Part shown: piece by piece, positions 1 through 8,055 of the stretch | Layout of the letters: every line of letters starts with the position of its first letter | Numbering within the stretch: position 1 is the stretch's first letter | Assembly: GCA_040752415.1 (NCBI GenBank) | Contig: JBFMGU010000316.1 | Coordinates: 1-11,382 of the forward strand | Length of the DNA stretch: 11,382 nucleotides | Source of the DNA: Myxococcota bacterium | Lineage (GTDB): Bacteria > Myxococcota > JACRCW01 | Reading direction: 5' to 3' | Program-made: the position numbers and the translations under genes | Notes under the pieces: model-generated | The model's database searches: none | Told to the model about the DNA's origin: nothing | Seen by the model: only the letters and a program-made list of their open reading frames with translations

Positions 1-255
1 CTCGGGCGCCGGGGTGCTCGGCTGGGGCGCGGGCGTGGGGGTTGCCGCCGCCATGTCCGGTGGAGGGTTCGCCTCGTCGTCAGGGGGCGCGGTCTCCGTG
101 GGCGCGGGTTCCATCGCGGGAGCATCTGCGGGCGCGGGGGACGACACGTCCAGGGGCGGTGGCTCGTCGGCGCGCAGGCTGGGCGCGGACGACAGGATGG
201 CGCTGGCAATGAGGAGCGGCCACGCAGCGCGACCAGCCGGCAGCATCTTGGGCAT
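1..255 (-). CDS. N-terminal fragment of a secreted protein (signal peptide plus Pro/Ala/acidic linker); runs off the window edge
   Basis: Not in the ORF track; translated by hand. ATG at 255, preceded by AGGA, gives MPKMLPAGRAAWPLLIASAILSSAPSLRA|DEPPPLDVSSPAPADAPAMEPAPTETAPP..., open to position 1. It has a basic n-region, a hydrophobic h-region and a plausible signal peptidase I site. Confidence 0.75.
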   Translation of the reverse strand, partial: MPKMLPAGRAAWPLLIASAILSSAPSLRADEPPPLDVSSPAPADAPAMEPAPTETAPPDDEANPPPDMAAATPTPAPQPSTPAPE

Positions 256-409
256 GATGGTTCCTCGTCGGAGTGGAGCGTTGTGCTAGGCGTCCTTGTG
301 CTCGGGCGTCAAGAAGTCCGTCGGCGAAATTGACCCCGCCCCAGCTTCCGTCTTATCCGACGCTCCGGTGGTGCGCAGGCTGCCGACGAGCCGGGTCGAC
401 GGGTGACGC

Positions 410-1075
410 GTGGTGAAGATCCAGGAAGGCGTCATCAAGTTCCACGCGGAGCACCGCAAGGCGCCGTTGCAGGACGCGGAGATTCCGTCGCTGGTGCGCG
501 CGCTGAACGCGTGGCGTGACATCCTCACGGACCTCCGCCTCATCGGGCAGGACCCCAAGCGCTACGACGGCGCGGGCTTCGGGAATCTCAGCGTGCGTCT
601 TCCGCCGTATGAACGTCGTCGTGGCGCGCGGCCGTTCCTGGTCACCGGCACGCAGACCGGCGGGAGGCCCGTCCTCGAGGTCGCGGACTACGCGGTGGTG
701 GAGTCCTACGACGTGCTCCTCAACACCGTGCGCAGCCGCGGCAGCATCCTGCCCTCGTCGGAGTCCATGACCCACGCCACCATCTTTGACCTCTCCATGG
801 ACATCCGCGCCGTGGTGCACGTGCACAGCCCGGTCATCTGGCGCGCCGCGGAGGCGTTGGGCCTCCCCACCACCGCGCCCCACGTCGACTACGGGACGCC
901 GGAGATGGCGCACGAGGTTTCCCGTCTGCACCGGGAGACCAACCTGCGACGCACCCGCGTGCTCTCCATGGCGGGCCATGAGGACGGCATCATCGCCTTC
1001 GGTGACACGCTGGAGGACGCCGCGCAGGCCATGCTCGCCACGCTGGCGCGTGCCCTTCAGGTGATGCGCACGTAA
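410..1075 (+). CDS. Class II aldolase/adducin family protein
   Basis: Family motifs GNLSVR, FLVTGT, PSSESMTH, AVVHVHS (metal-binding His), YGTPEMA and GHEDGIIAFG. The start may be GTG 410 or GTG 413. Confidence 0.88.
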   Translation: MVKIQEGVIKFHAEHRKAPLQDAEIPSLVRALNAWRDILTDLRLIGQDPKRYDGAGFGNLSVRLPPYERRRGARPFLVTGTQTGGRPVLEVADYAVVESYDVLLNTVRSRGSILPSSESMTHATIFDLSMDIRAVVHVHSPVIWRAAEALGLPTTAPHVDYGTPEMAHEVSRLHRETNLRRTRVLSMAGHEDGIIAFGDTLEDAAQAMLATLARALQVMRT

Positions 1076-1554
1076 CGGACCTCGACGATCTCCACGTCGA
1101 TCTCACCCGCCGGCCGGCGCACCGTGGCCACGTCGCCCACCTTCTTCTTGATGAGCGCCTGCGCCATGGGACTCTTGTAGGAGATGCGGCCACCGCTGGT
1201 GTCGATCTCGTCCTCCCCGACGATGACGTAGGTGGACCGCTTCCCGTTCTCATCCTCGATGGTCACGGTGGCGCCGAAGAACACGGTGTCACGGCTCTTC
1301 TGGTCCAACGGGTCCACCACCTGCACGGCGTCCAGGCGCGACTGCAGGAAGTTCAGCCGCCGGTCGATCTCACGCAGGCGCTTCTTCCCGTAGATGTACT
1401 CGGCGTTCTCGGAGCGGTCTCCCTGTGCCGCGGCATCCGACACCTCCTGCACCACCTTGGGACGCTCCACCCGCGTCAGGTGGTCCATCTCCGTCGCCAG
1501 CTTCTGATAGCCCGCCGGTGTGATGTAACCGGTCTTCTTCGGTTGCTCTGCCAT
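1057..1554 (-). CDS. greB: Transcription elongation factor GreB
   Basis: YITPAG...ERPKVV...AAAQGDRSENAEYIYGKKRLREIDRR is the GreB-type signature; C-terminal VFFGATV, IVGEDE, ISYKSPMAQAL. ATG at 1554 has GAGG upstream; the ORF extension to 1851 is spurious. Confidence 0.93.
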   Translation of the reverse strand: MAEQPKKTGYITPAGYQKLATEMDHLTRVERPKVVQEVSDAAAQGDRSENAEYIYGKKRLREIDRRLNFLQSRLDAVQVVDPLDQKSRDTVFFGATVTIEDENGKRSTYVIVGEDEIDTSGGRISYKSPMAQALIKKKVGDVATVRRPAGEIDVEIVEVRYVRIT

Positions 1555-1683
1555 GGGCGCGCCTCGTACCACGGTCGGGCCCCTCGGTGCGCTGCGTCGT
1601 GGGACGGGCCACGCAACGTTTGCGGAGCAATTTCGCGGCATGCTACCGGGCAGTATTCCGCTTGGATTCCGTGGAGCCTGCTG

Positions 1684-4635
1684 ATGACGCGCGGGGGAGT
1701 TTTTGCAGCGGCTGCCGCAGTGGCAACGCTGTCCATCAACCTGCTGGGCTGTTCCGCCACCAGCTCCACGTCCTCGTCGACGGTGTGCACCGCGGGAGAG
1801 CAGGCCACGTGTGAATGCCCCGGCGGGGAACAGGGAACCCGGTCGTGTCATGAGGACGGCAGCGGCTACGGTGAATGCACCGGTTGCGACGGTGCCTCCA
1901 GCTCTTCCAGCGGCGGCGGCGTGTCATCGTCGTCGAGCGCAAGCAGCTCGTCATCCTCCGCCAGCTCGTCATCCAGTTCCTCCAGCAGCTCCTCCAGCGG
2001 CAGCCCGCTGACCGTGATCATCACCGCGCCGCAGAACCTGGCGCGCGTGGGGAACTCCGTCGACATCACCGTGGACACCACGCCCACCGCGGAGACCGTG
2101 GACCTGCTTGTCGACGACAACGTCCTCACCACGCTCACCCCGCCCTTCACCTTCAGCTGGGACACCAGCGCGGTGGCGCAAGGCAACCACGTCCTCACCG
2201 CGCGCGGGCTGCTGGGCGTCTCCACGGGCACCTCAGTCCCGGTGATCATCGTCGTCGACCACAGCGGACCGGACGTCGTGAGGTACGTCCCGGAGTTCGA
2301 CTCCAACAACGCCTACGCGCGCGACCCCGTCGTCATCACCTTCGACGAACCCATCATGGCCAGCAGCCTCACCGACGCGGCTCTCACGCTCACCGACGAT
2401 TCCGGTCAACCGCTCGCCAAGATGCTGTCGTTGTCCGACGACGGACGCACCCTGCGCGCCGCCTTCACGGAGGACCCGGCGGTGCCGCTAGGCGTCGTGG
2501 CCACGTTGGGAACGCAGCTCACGGACAACCTGGGCAATCCCGTCGAGGGATTCTCCTGGCTCTTCACGCTCCCGGTGTGGCAGGAGCCCGGCGGAGCCAA
2601 CACACCCGCGTGGACCGACGTTGCCGTGGCCTTCCTCTCCGACGACACCATCCTCGCCGCCGCCACCACCTCCGACGGCGCTCTGCAGGTGCCCCAGCTC
2701 GTCGACGGCGCGTGGCAGCCCATGGGGCTGGCGCTCAATGCCGCCGGGACGGAAGCGTGGGAACCCGCCGTCGTCGTCGTCACGGACATCCCGGTGGTGG
2801 CGTGGGTGGACGCGACGGGTGGGGTGGGGCCCGCGCAGCTGCACGTGGCGCAGTGGGACGGCGCGGAATGGGATCCCCTCGGTGTCGCCACGCTCAACGC
2901 GAATGGCGCGTTCGCCGCGCACGCCCCGGCCCTGGCGGTCGACGACGTCGGGAATGTGCACCTCGCCTGGCACGAGGAAACGCTCGACGGTGTGCAGGTC
3001 CACGTGAGCACCGCGATCAACGGCGTGTGGTCGCCTCCCTGCGACGCACTTGCCACTGCTGCCACGGGTCGCACTTCCCTCGCGGTGACGACGTCGGGCG
3101 AGCTGGTGGTGCCGGTGTTGGTGCAGGATGCGTCCTCGGATGTGCACGTCATGCGCTGCTCGCCCGGCCAGGGCTGGGAGCTGCTCGGCGGTGGTCCGGT
3201 GGACTCGCTCACGCAGGACGGCTCCTCACCCAGCGTGGCGGCCGACGACGAGGGCAGCATCCTCGTGGCCTGGCAGGAGCGGGACACGCTCACCACGCAC
3301 ACCGTCTACGCCGCGCGCCTGGAGGCGGACACCTGGGCGCCCCTCGGCGGTCCGCTCGACGTCGAGGTCGGCGACAACACCACCAACCCGCGCCTCGCCG
3401 CCGGCGCCAACGGCGCGGTCACCATCGTGTTCGAGGAGTCCGGTGTGTTCCGCGACGCGGTCTACGCGGCCCGTTGGACGGGCACCTCGTGGCGCTTCCT
3501 GGGTCCTGCGTTGGCGGATGCTCCCGTCGGTGCGCCGCGTGCGTGGGGAGTGACGTTGGACCACCGGGGCATTCCGTCGGTGCTGTGGCGTGAGACCGAC
3601 GCGCAGCAGGGCGAGCACACACTGGTGCGTCGTTTCAACGGCGGGGTGCTCTATCCGCGTGCGCCGCAGCGACCCATCAACCTCACCTGCGCGCTCCCCG
3701 GCACCCCCGGCGACGGGACCTTCCCGCAGACCATCAGCGCCACCGGCTGCTACACCGACGTCGCCAACCGCATCCCCGCGCCCGGCGTGATTCCGTACAA
3801 CGTGGCGTCGGCGTTGTGGTCGGATGCGGCGGAGAAGCGTCGTTTCATCGCGCTGCCGGGCAACGCCACCATCGGCTACGTGGACACCGGCTCGTGGGAC
3901 CTCCCGGAGGGCACCATCCTCATCAAGGAGTTCCTCGTCCCCATCGACCTCGCAGATCCCAAGGCGCTGAAGATCGTGGAGACACGGTTTCTCGTCCGCC
4001 GCAGCGTCGGCGTGTGGGAGGGCTACAGCTACCTGTGGAACGCCGACCAGACCGACGGCACGCTGCTCGCCAACGTCCCCACCACGCGCGACTATCCCGT
4101 CGCCAACGGCGGCTCCTTCACCACGCACACGCATACGTTCCCCAGCCGCGACCAGTGTCTCGTCTGTCACAACGTCGCGGGGCAGGCGCTGGGCCTGCAG
4201 ACCAACCAGCTGAACATCGGTCATGACTACGGCGACGTGGTGGGCAACCAGGTCCGCGTCTTCCAGCAGATGGGGCTGTTCGGCGCCACGCTGCCTTCCG
4301 ACGAGACCGACGCGCTACCGCGCCTCGTCAGCCCCTGGGACACCCGTGAGCCCGTCGAGACGCGCGTGCGCTCGTACATGCATGCCAACTGCGCGCACTG
4401 CCACCGCCCCAACGGCAACAACCCGCTGATGGACCTGCGCATGGACACGTCGCTGGCGGACACCGGTCTCTGTCTCAATGAGCGCGTGGTCGCCGGCAGC
4501 CCCGGTACCTCCAAGGTCTACACGCGCATGAACCAGCGTCCCAACGGGATGCCGCAGATCGCCACCATGCGCGTGCACCAGCCCGCCGTCGACCTGATCT
4601 CGCGTTGGATCACCGGGCTGGCCACCTGCCCTTGA
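1684..4635 (+). CDS. Large multidomain lipoprotein: Cys-rich module, Ser linker, two Ig-like domains, Trp-repeat propeller-like region, C-terminal diheme c-type cytochrome domain (SO2930-like)
   Basis: ATG 1684 gives a signal peptide with lipobox LLGC. Two CxxCH motifs: CLVCH at 4156-4170 and CAHCH at 4390-4404, followed by a distal GMPQ. LWSDAAEKRRFI, LPEGTILIKEF, VETRFL and GYSYLWN motifs are typical of SO2930-like diheme domains. Ig-like motifs include FTFSWDT...GNHVLTARG and VVITFDEPI. Confidence 0.85.
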   Translation: MTRGGVFAAAAAVATLSINLLGCSATSSTSSSTVCTAGEQATCECPGGEQGTRSCHEDGSGYGECTGCDGASSSSSGGGVSSSSSASSSSSSASSSSSSSSSSSSGSPLTVIITAPQNLARVGNSVDITVDTTPTAETVDLLVDDNVLTTLTPPFTFSWDTSAVAQGNHVLTARGLLGVSTGTSVPVIIVVDHSGPDVVRYVPEFDSNNAYARDPVVITFDEPIMASSLTDAALTLTDDSGQPLAKMLSLSDDGRTLRAAFTEDPAVPLGVVATLGTQLTDNLGNPVEGFSWLFTLPVWQEPGGANTPAWTDVAVAFLSDDTILAAATTSDGALQVPQLVDGAWQPMGLALNAAGTEAWEPAVVVVTDIPVVAWVDATGGVGPAQLHVAQWDGAEWDPLGVATLNANGAFAAHAPALAVDDVGNVHLAWHEETLDGVQVHVSTAINGVWSPPCDALATAATGRTSLAVTTSGELVVPVLVQDASSDVHVMRCSPGQGWELLGGGPVDSLTQDGSSPSVAADDEGSILVAWQERDTLTTHTVYAARLEADTWAPLGGPLDVEVGDNTTNPRLAAGANGAVTIVFEESGVFRDAVYAARWTGTSWRFLGPALADAPVGAPRAWGVTLDHRGIPSVLWRETDAQQGEHTLVRRFNGGVLYPRAPQRPINLTCALPGTPGDGTFPQTISATGCYTDVANRIPAPGVIPYNVASALWSDAAEKRRFIALPGNATIGYVDTGSWDLPEGTILIKEFLVPIDLADPKALKIVETRFLVRRSVGVWEGYSYLWNADQTDGTLLANVPTTRDYPVANGGSFTTHTHTFPSRDQCLVCHNVAGQALGLQTNQLNIGHDYGDVVGNQVRVFQQMGLFGATLPSDETDALPRLVSPWDTREPVETRVRSYMHANCAHCHRPNGNNPLMDLRMDTSLADTGLCLNERVVAGSPGTSKVYTRMNQRPNGMPQIATMRVHQPAVDLISRWITGLATCP
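1891..2004 (+). repeat. Low-complexity Ser-rich linker coding tract (TCC/AGC/TCG codons)
   Basis: Encodes GASSSSSGGGVSSSSSASSSSSSASSSSSSSSSSSSGS within the lipoprotein. Confidence 0.8.
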
Positions 4636-4649
4636 TGCGCATGTGACCA

Positions 4650-4678
4650 CGCGGCGCACTCGGGTGTGTCGCGCTTTC
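4650..4678 (+). terminator. Possible weak intrinsic terminator/3' hairpin of the lipoprotein gene
   Basis: CGCGGCGCAC-TCGG-GTGTGTCGCG forms a 10-bp stem with two G-U pairs on the + strand, followed by CTTTC, 15 nt after the stop. The U-tract is short. Confidence 0.45.
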
Positions 4679-4767
4679 ACACCGACATCTTCTCCCGCAC
4701 CTCCACTCCCTCACCACACAGGCATTCTCCGTCGTGACGTGGTGTCCCGTACCCGCGCGCACGTGCG

Positions 4768-4783
4768 TGGCATGCCCGTTGCT
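4768..4783 (+). promoter_or_regulatory. Sigma54 (RpoN) -24/-12 promoter for the GT39 gene
   Basis: TGGCATGCCCGTTGCT versus consensus TGGCACG-N4-TTGCW, with exact GG-N10-GC spacing. It is intergenic, ~30 nt before ATG 4816. Confidence 0.7.
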
Positions 4784-4815
4784 CTTCCGTCCGCGCACAT
4801 CGCCCAGGTGGTCCC

Positions 4816-6309
4816 ATGCGAGTGCTGCAGAACGGCGACGGCGCGCTGCCGGTCGCTGCACGGTCGGTTTTTCCCTCGCGTCCCGACGACACGGACTCGC
4901 GCATGCCGTGGGTTCTCGTCGTGCTCATGGTGTTGCGCGTGGTGCTGGCCGGCTCGTTGGGTCTGACGTTCGACGAGGCCTATTACTTCTCCTGGGCCCA
5001 GCATCCGCAGCTCGGCTACCTGGATCACCCACCGCTGGTCGCGTGGCTCGTCTCGCCCGTCGTCACCTGGGCGCCACCCGACCCGCTCCTGGCCCGCCTC
5101 CCCATCCTCCTCCTCTCGCTCCCGTTCACATGGTTCGTCTTCGCATCCACCCGTGACGTCGTGGGCGCACGCGTGGCGTGGCACGCGGTGGTGCTGGTGA
5201 ATGCGCTGCCGTCGGTGGCGCTGTCGTTCATCCTCATCGCGCCGGACGCGCCGCTGCTGACGTCGTGGGCGGCCTCCCTGCACGCCTTCCAACGTGCGCT
5301 CCAGCGCAACACCCCGGCAGCGTGGCTCGCAGCGGGTCTCGCCACCGGTGTCGCGTTGCTCTCCAAGTACATGGCGGTGCTGCTGTTCCCCACGTTCGCG
5401 CTGCTGCTCCTGTGGCGTCGTCGATCATTGCTGCGCGACCTCTGGCCCTGGCTCGCCCTCGTCGTGGCGCTCCTGGTGTTCAGCCCGGTGCTGGTGTGGA
5501 ACGCGCAACGCAACTGGCTCTCCTTCCGCTTCCAGCTCGGCCTGGGCCCGCGCCACGGTGACGACGTCACGGGCCTGCTCTCCCTGTTGGACTTCGTGGC
5601 CGGACAGGCCGCGGGGGTGACGCCTGCCGTGCTGGTGGGTCTCGTCCTGGCCTGGCGCGCACGACGTCACGCGCCCCATGACGTCGCCTTCCGCCTGCTC
5701 ACTTTCTCCTGCGCCGTGCCGCTCGTGATCTTCACCACGCTCGCGTGGCGCCACCCGCTCGAGGTGAACTGGGTGACCTGTGCATGGGTCGGCGCGGCTC
5801 CGGTGGTGGCCCTGCTCGCTCCCCGCTGCGCGCGAATCGCGACGATCATCGGGCTCATCGTGCTGCTCGGCGCCGCCGCGTACGTGCCGCGCCCCTTCCT
5901 CCCGTCGACGCATGACATCACCGCCCGCGGCGAAGGCTGGGAGACCGTGGCCGCCGCCGTGCGCCACTGCCTGGACGAGCGCGGTCTGCGCACCGCCGTC
6001 GTGCTTGGCCACAAGCGCTACGAGACGGCGCAGATGCAGTTCCACCTCGGCCGGGACCTCCCCGTCCGTCCGGCCCACCGCGGTGAGCGCTACGCGTTCC
6101 TGCCGGAAGCCACCGCGTCCCACGCCGTCCTGCTCATCCGCCCCACCGACGCCACCCCAGACCTCGTGGAAACCATTGCCCGCGACCACGGCCACGCTCG
6201 CGCGGAGAGCTGCGCGGAGGTGACACGACGCCGCCCTGGCGGTGAACCGCTGGAAACGTTCCGCGTGCTGCTGTTGCGCCCGGACGGTGCTGCCGCCAGG
6301 ACGGATTGA
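4816..6309 (+). CDS. Glycosyltransferase family 39 (ArnT/PMT-like, GT-C fold) membrane protein
   Basis: DEAYY..W....LGYLDHPPLVAW motif, PDAPL, LLSKY, FSPVLVWN and many hydrophobic segments. The start at 4816 has AGGTGG upstream; ATG 4903 is an alternative. Confidence 0.88.
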   Translation: MRVLQNGDGALPVAARSVFPSRPDDTDSRMPWVLVVLMVLRVVLAGSLGLTFDEAYYFSWAQHPQLGYLDHPPLVAWLVSPVVTWAPPDPLLARLPILLLSLPFTWFVFASTRDVVGARVAWHAVVLVNALPSVALSFILIAPDAPLLTSWAASLHAFQRALQRNTPAAWLAAGLATGVALLSKYMAVLLFPTFALLLLWRRRSLLRDLWPWLALVVALLVFSPVLVWNAQRNWLSFRFQLGLGPRHGDDVTGLLSLLDFVAGQAAGVTPAVLVGLVLAWRARRHAPHDVAFRLLTFSCAVPLVIFTTLAWRHPLEVNWVTCAWVGAAPVVALLAPRCARIATIIGLIVLLGAAAYVPRPFLPSTHDITARGEGWETVAAAVRHCLDERGLRTAVVLGHKRYETAQMQFHLGRDLPVRPAHRGERYAFLPEATASHAVLLIRPTDATPDLVETIARDHGHARAESCAEVTRRRPGGEPLETFRVLLLRPDGAAARTD

Positions 6310-6374
6310 GCACAACGGGCACAACGCCACCACGCCGCTCCCGGATTCACGTGGAATTCCCAGCACCTCGCCGC

Positions 6375-6390
6375 TGGCATGGGGGCTGCT
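6375..6390 (+). promoter_or_regulatory. Sigma54 -24/-12 promoter for the LysM-like gene
   Basis: TGGCATGGGGGCTGCT has GG-N10-GC spacing. The predicted TSS (~6401) lies just before RBS AGGAGG (6412-6417). Confidence 0.55.
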
Positions 6391-6423
6391 CTCCTGGCGG
6401 CGTCCACGGCCAGGAGGCGCAAC

Positions 6424-6648
6424 ATGACGACGTGCATCGAGGTCAAGGGTGGTGAATCCATCTTCGAGCTGCTTAGGGGTCGCGGGGTGCCGGAGCCCCG
6501 GCTGCGCATTGCCGCCGCGGAGGTGCAGCGCCTCAACCGTCTCGACGACATCCACAACATCCCCGCCGGCATGCGCCTCCGCGTCCCGGAGTCGTTCGTC
6601 TACGCTGCGCCTCGAGCTGCGCCGGTGCCGCTGCGAACACGTCGTTGA
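6424..6648 (+). CDS. Small stand-alone LysM-like domain protein (74 aa)
   Basis: Strong AGGAGG RBS. IEVKGGESIFEL...VQRLNRLDDIHNIPAGMRLRVP matches the LysM pattern (V..G.S/T....; N.L.D...I..G..L.VP). Confidence 0.7.
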   Translation: MTTCIEVKGGESIFELLRGRGVPEPRLRIAAAEVQRLNRLDDIHNIPAGMRLRVPESFVYAAPRAAPVPLRTRR

Positions 6649-6669
6649 TGCGGGCGCGCGGGCCGGAGT

Positions 6670-8055
6670 GTGCTACACCGCCGCGTCGTGTCGACGCTGC
6701 TCAATCCCGCGGAGCTCCGCCAACTCCTCTCCCTCGCCTGGCCGGTGGTGGTCTCGCGCTCGGCGCAGGCCGTCATCGGCTTCTCCGACGCTGCCATGGT
6801 CGGCCAGCTCGGCGAGGCGGAGCTTGCGGCCACCAGCGCGGGCGCGCTGAATTCGTTCTCGTTGTTCATCCTGCCCATGGGGACGGTGTTCATCGTCTCC
6901 AGCTTTGCCTCACAGCTCTGTGGCCAGGGTGACCACGCCGGAGCCCGACGTTACGGCTGGTACGGGCTGGGGGTTTCCCTCGTGGCGGGGTTGATCTCGC
7001 TGGCCAGCGCGCCGTTCACGTTCGAGGCGCTCGGGGTGTTCGACTACGAGCCGCGGGTGCGGGAGCTGATGGCCACCTACCTGACCATCCGACTGCTGAG
7101 CGGCTTCGCCGCCGTGGGGATGGAGGCGCTGGGTAACTACTTCGGCGGGATGGGGAACACGCGGGTGCCCATGCTGGCGGGCGTGCTGGCCATGGTGCTC
7201 AACGTGTTCTTCAACTGGGTGCTCATCTTCGGGAAGCTGGGCGCGCCGGCGCTCGGCGTGGCGGGTGCGGCGTGGGCCAGCACCATCTCCACGGTGATCG
7301 CCTTTGGCGTGCTGTTCTGGATGTTCTGGAAGGGCAAGGGCGTGCCGGGTGGTCGCGTGGATTCTTCGCTGAACGGCGCGGAGTTCGTGCGCATGCTGCG
7401 CTTTGGTATCCCGTCGGGATTCAACTGGTTCTTCGAGTTCGCCGCGTTCTCGTTCTTCATGAACGTGGTGTTCACCAGCCTGGGCACCACGCCGCTGGCC
7501 GCGCTCATGGCGGTCATCCAGCTCAACTCCATTGCCTTCATGCCCGCCTTCGGGATCAGCAGCGCGGGGGCCATTCTCGTCGGTCAGGCCATTGGCGCGG
7601 GGCACAAGGACCTGGTGCCCATGCACGTGGCGCGCACCGTGCTGGTGGCGGCCGGGTGGCAGGGGCTGGTGGGACTGGCCTACCTCGTCGCGCCGGCGGA
7701 GCTGATGCGCTTCTTCGTGAGCGCGGAGCAGGAGAGCGGGGAGCTGGTCCGCATTGGCGCGCAGATGATGTTCATTGCCGCCGCGTGGCAGCTCTTCGAC
7801 GCATCCGCCACCGCCCTCGCCGAGAGCCTGCGCGCCGCCGGCGACACCACCTTCACGCTCTGGGCCCGCATCGTGGCAGCGTGGGCCATCATGGCGCCGG
7901 GCTCGTTGCTCACGGTACGCGCGGGCGGCAACCACAACGCGGCGCTGTGGTGGATCGTGATCTACGTGGCGCTGCTGGCCGGCGTGCTGCTGTGGCGCTT
8001 CCGACGAGGTGCGTGGCGCAACATCCAGCTCACCGAGGCGTCGTTGGCTCACTGA
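6670..8055 (+). CDS. MATE family efflux transporter
   Basis: ELRQLLSLAWPVV, DAAMVGQLG..ELAA, GMGNTRVPM, NVFFNWVLIFGKLGAPALGVAGAAWAS, LVGQAIGAG, LRAAGDT; about 12 TM segments. The start may be GTG 6688. Confidence 0.93.
   Translation: MLHRRVVSTLLNPAELRQLLSLAWPVVVSRSAQAVIGFSDAAMVGQLGEAELAATSAGALNSFSLFILPMGTVFIVSSFASQLCGQGDHAGARRYGWYGLGVSLVAGLISLASAPFTFEALGVFDYEPRVRELMATYLTIRLLSGFAAVGMEALGNYFGGMGNTRVPMLAGVLAMVLNVFFNWVLIFGKLGAPALGVAGAAWASTISTVIAFGVLFWMFWKGKGVPGGRVDSSLNGAEFVRMLRFGIPSGFNWFFEFAAFSFFMNVVFTSLGTTPLAALMAVIQLNSIAFMPAFGISSAGAILVGQAIGAGHKDLVPMHVARTVLVAAGWQGLVGLAYLVAPAELMRFFVSAEQESGELVRIGAQMMFIAAAWQLFDASATALAESLRAAGDTTFTLWARIVAAWAIMAPGSLLTVRAGGNHNAALWWIVIYVALLAGVLLWRFRRGAWRNIQLTEASLAH

Noticed and set aside
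1636..1651. CGGCATGCTACCGGGC as a third sigma54 promoter
   Set aside because: GG-to-GC spacing is not 10 nt and the TTGC box is absent.
1480..1851. Long N-terminal extensions of the lipoprotein (from 1480) and GreB (from 1851)
   Set aside because: They would overlap each other; the signal peptide and family homology begin at 1684 and 1554.
1875..3593. 572-aa alternative-frame ORF and similar Arg/Gly/His-rich ORFs (e.g. 3226-4224, 5425-6555, 6910-8412)
   Set aside because: They overlap well-supported genes, and their composition reflects GC3 bias.
6645..6690. TTGATG...TGCTACACC as a sigma70/leaderless promoter for the MATE gene
   Set aside because: The -35/-10 spacing (23 nt) is too long and the -10 lacks the final T.
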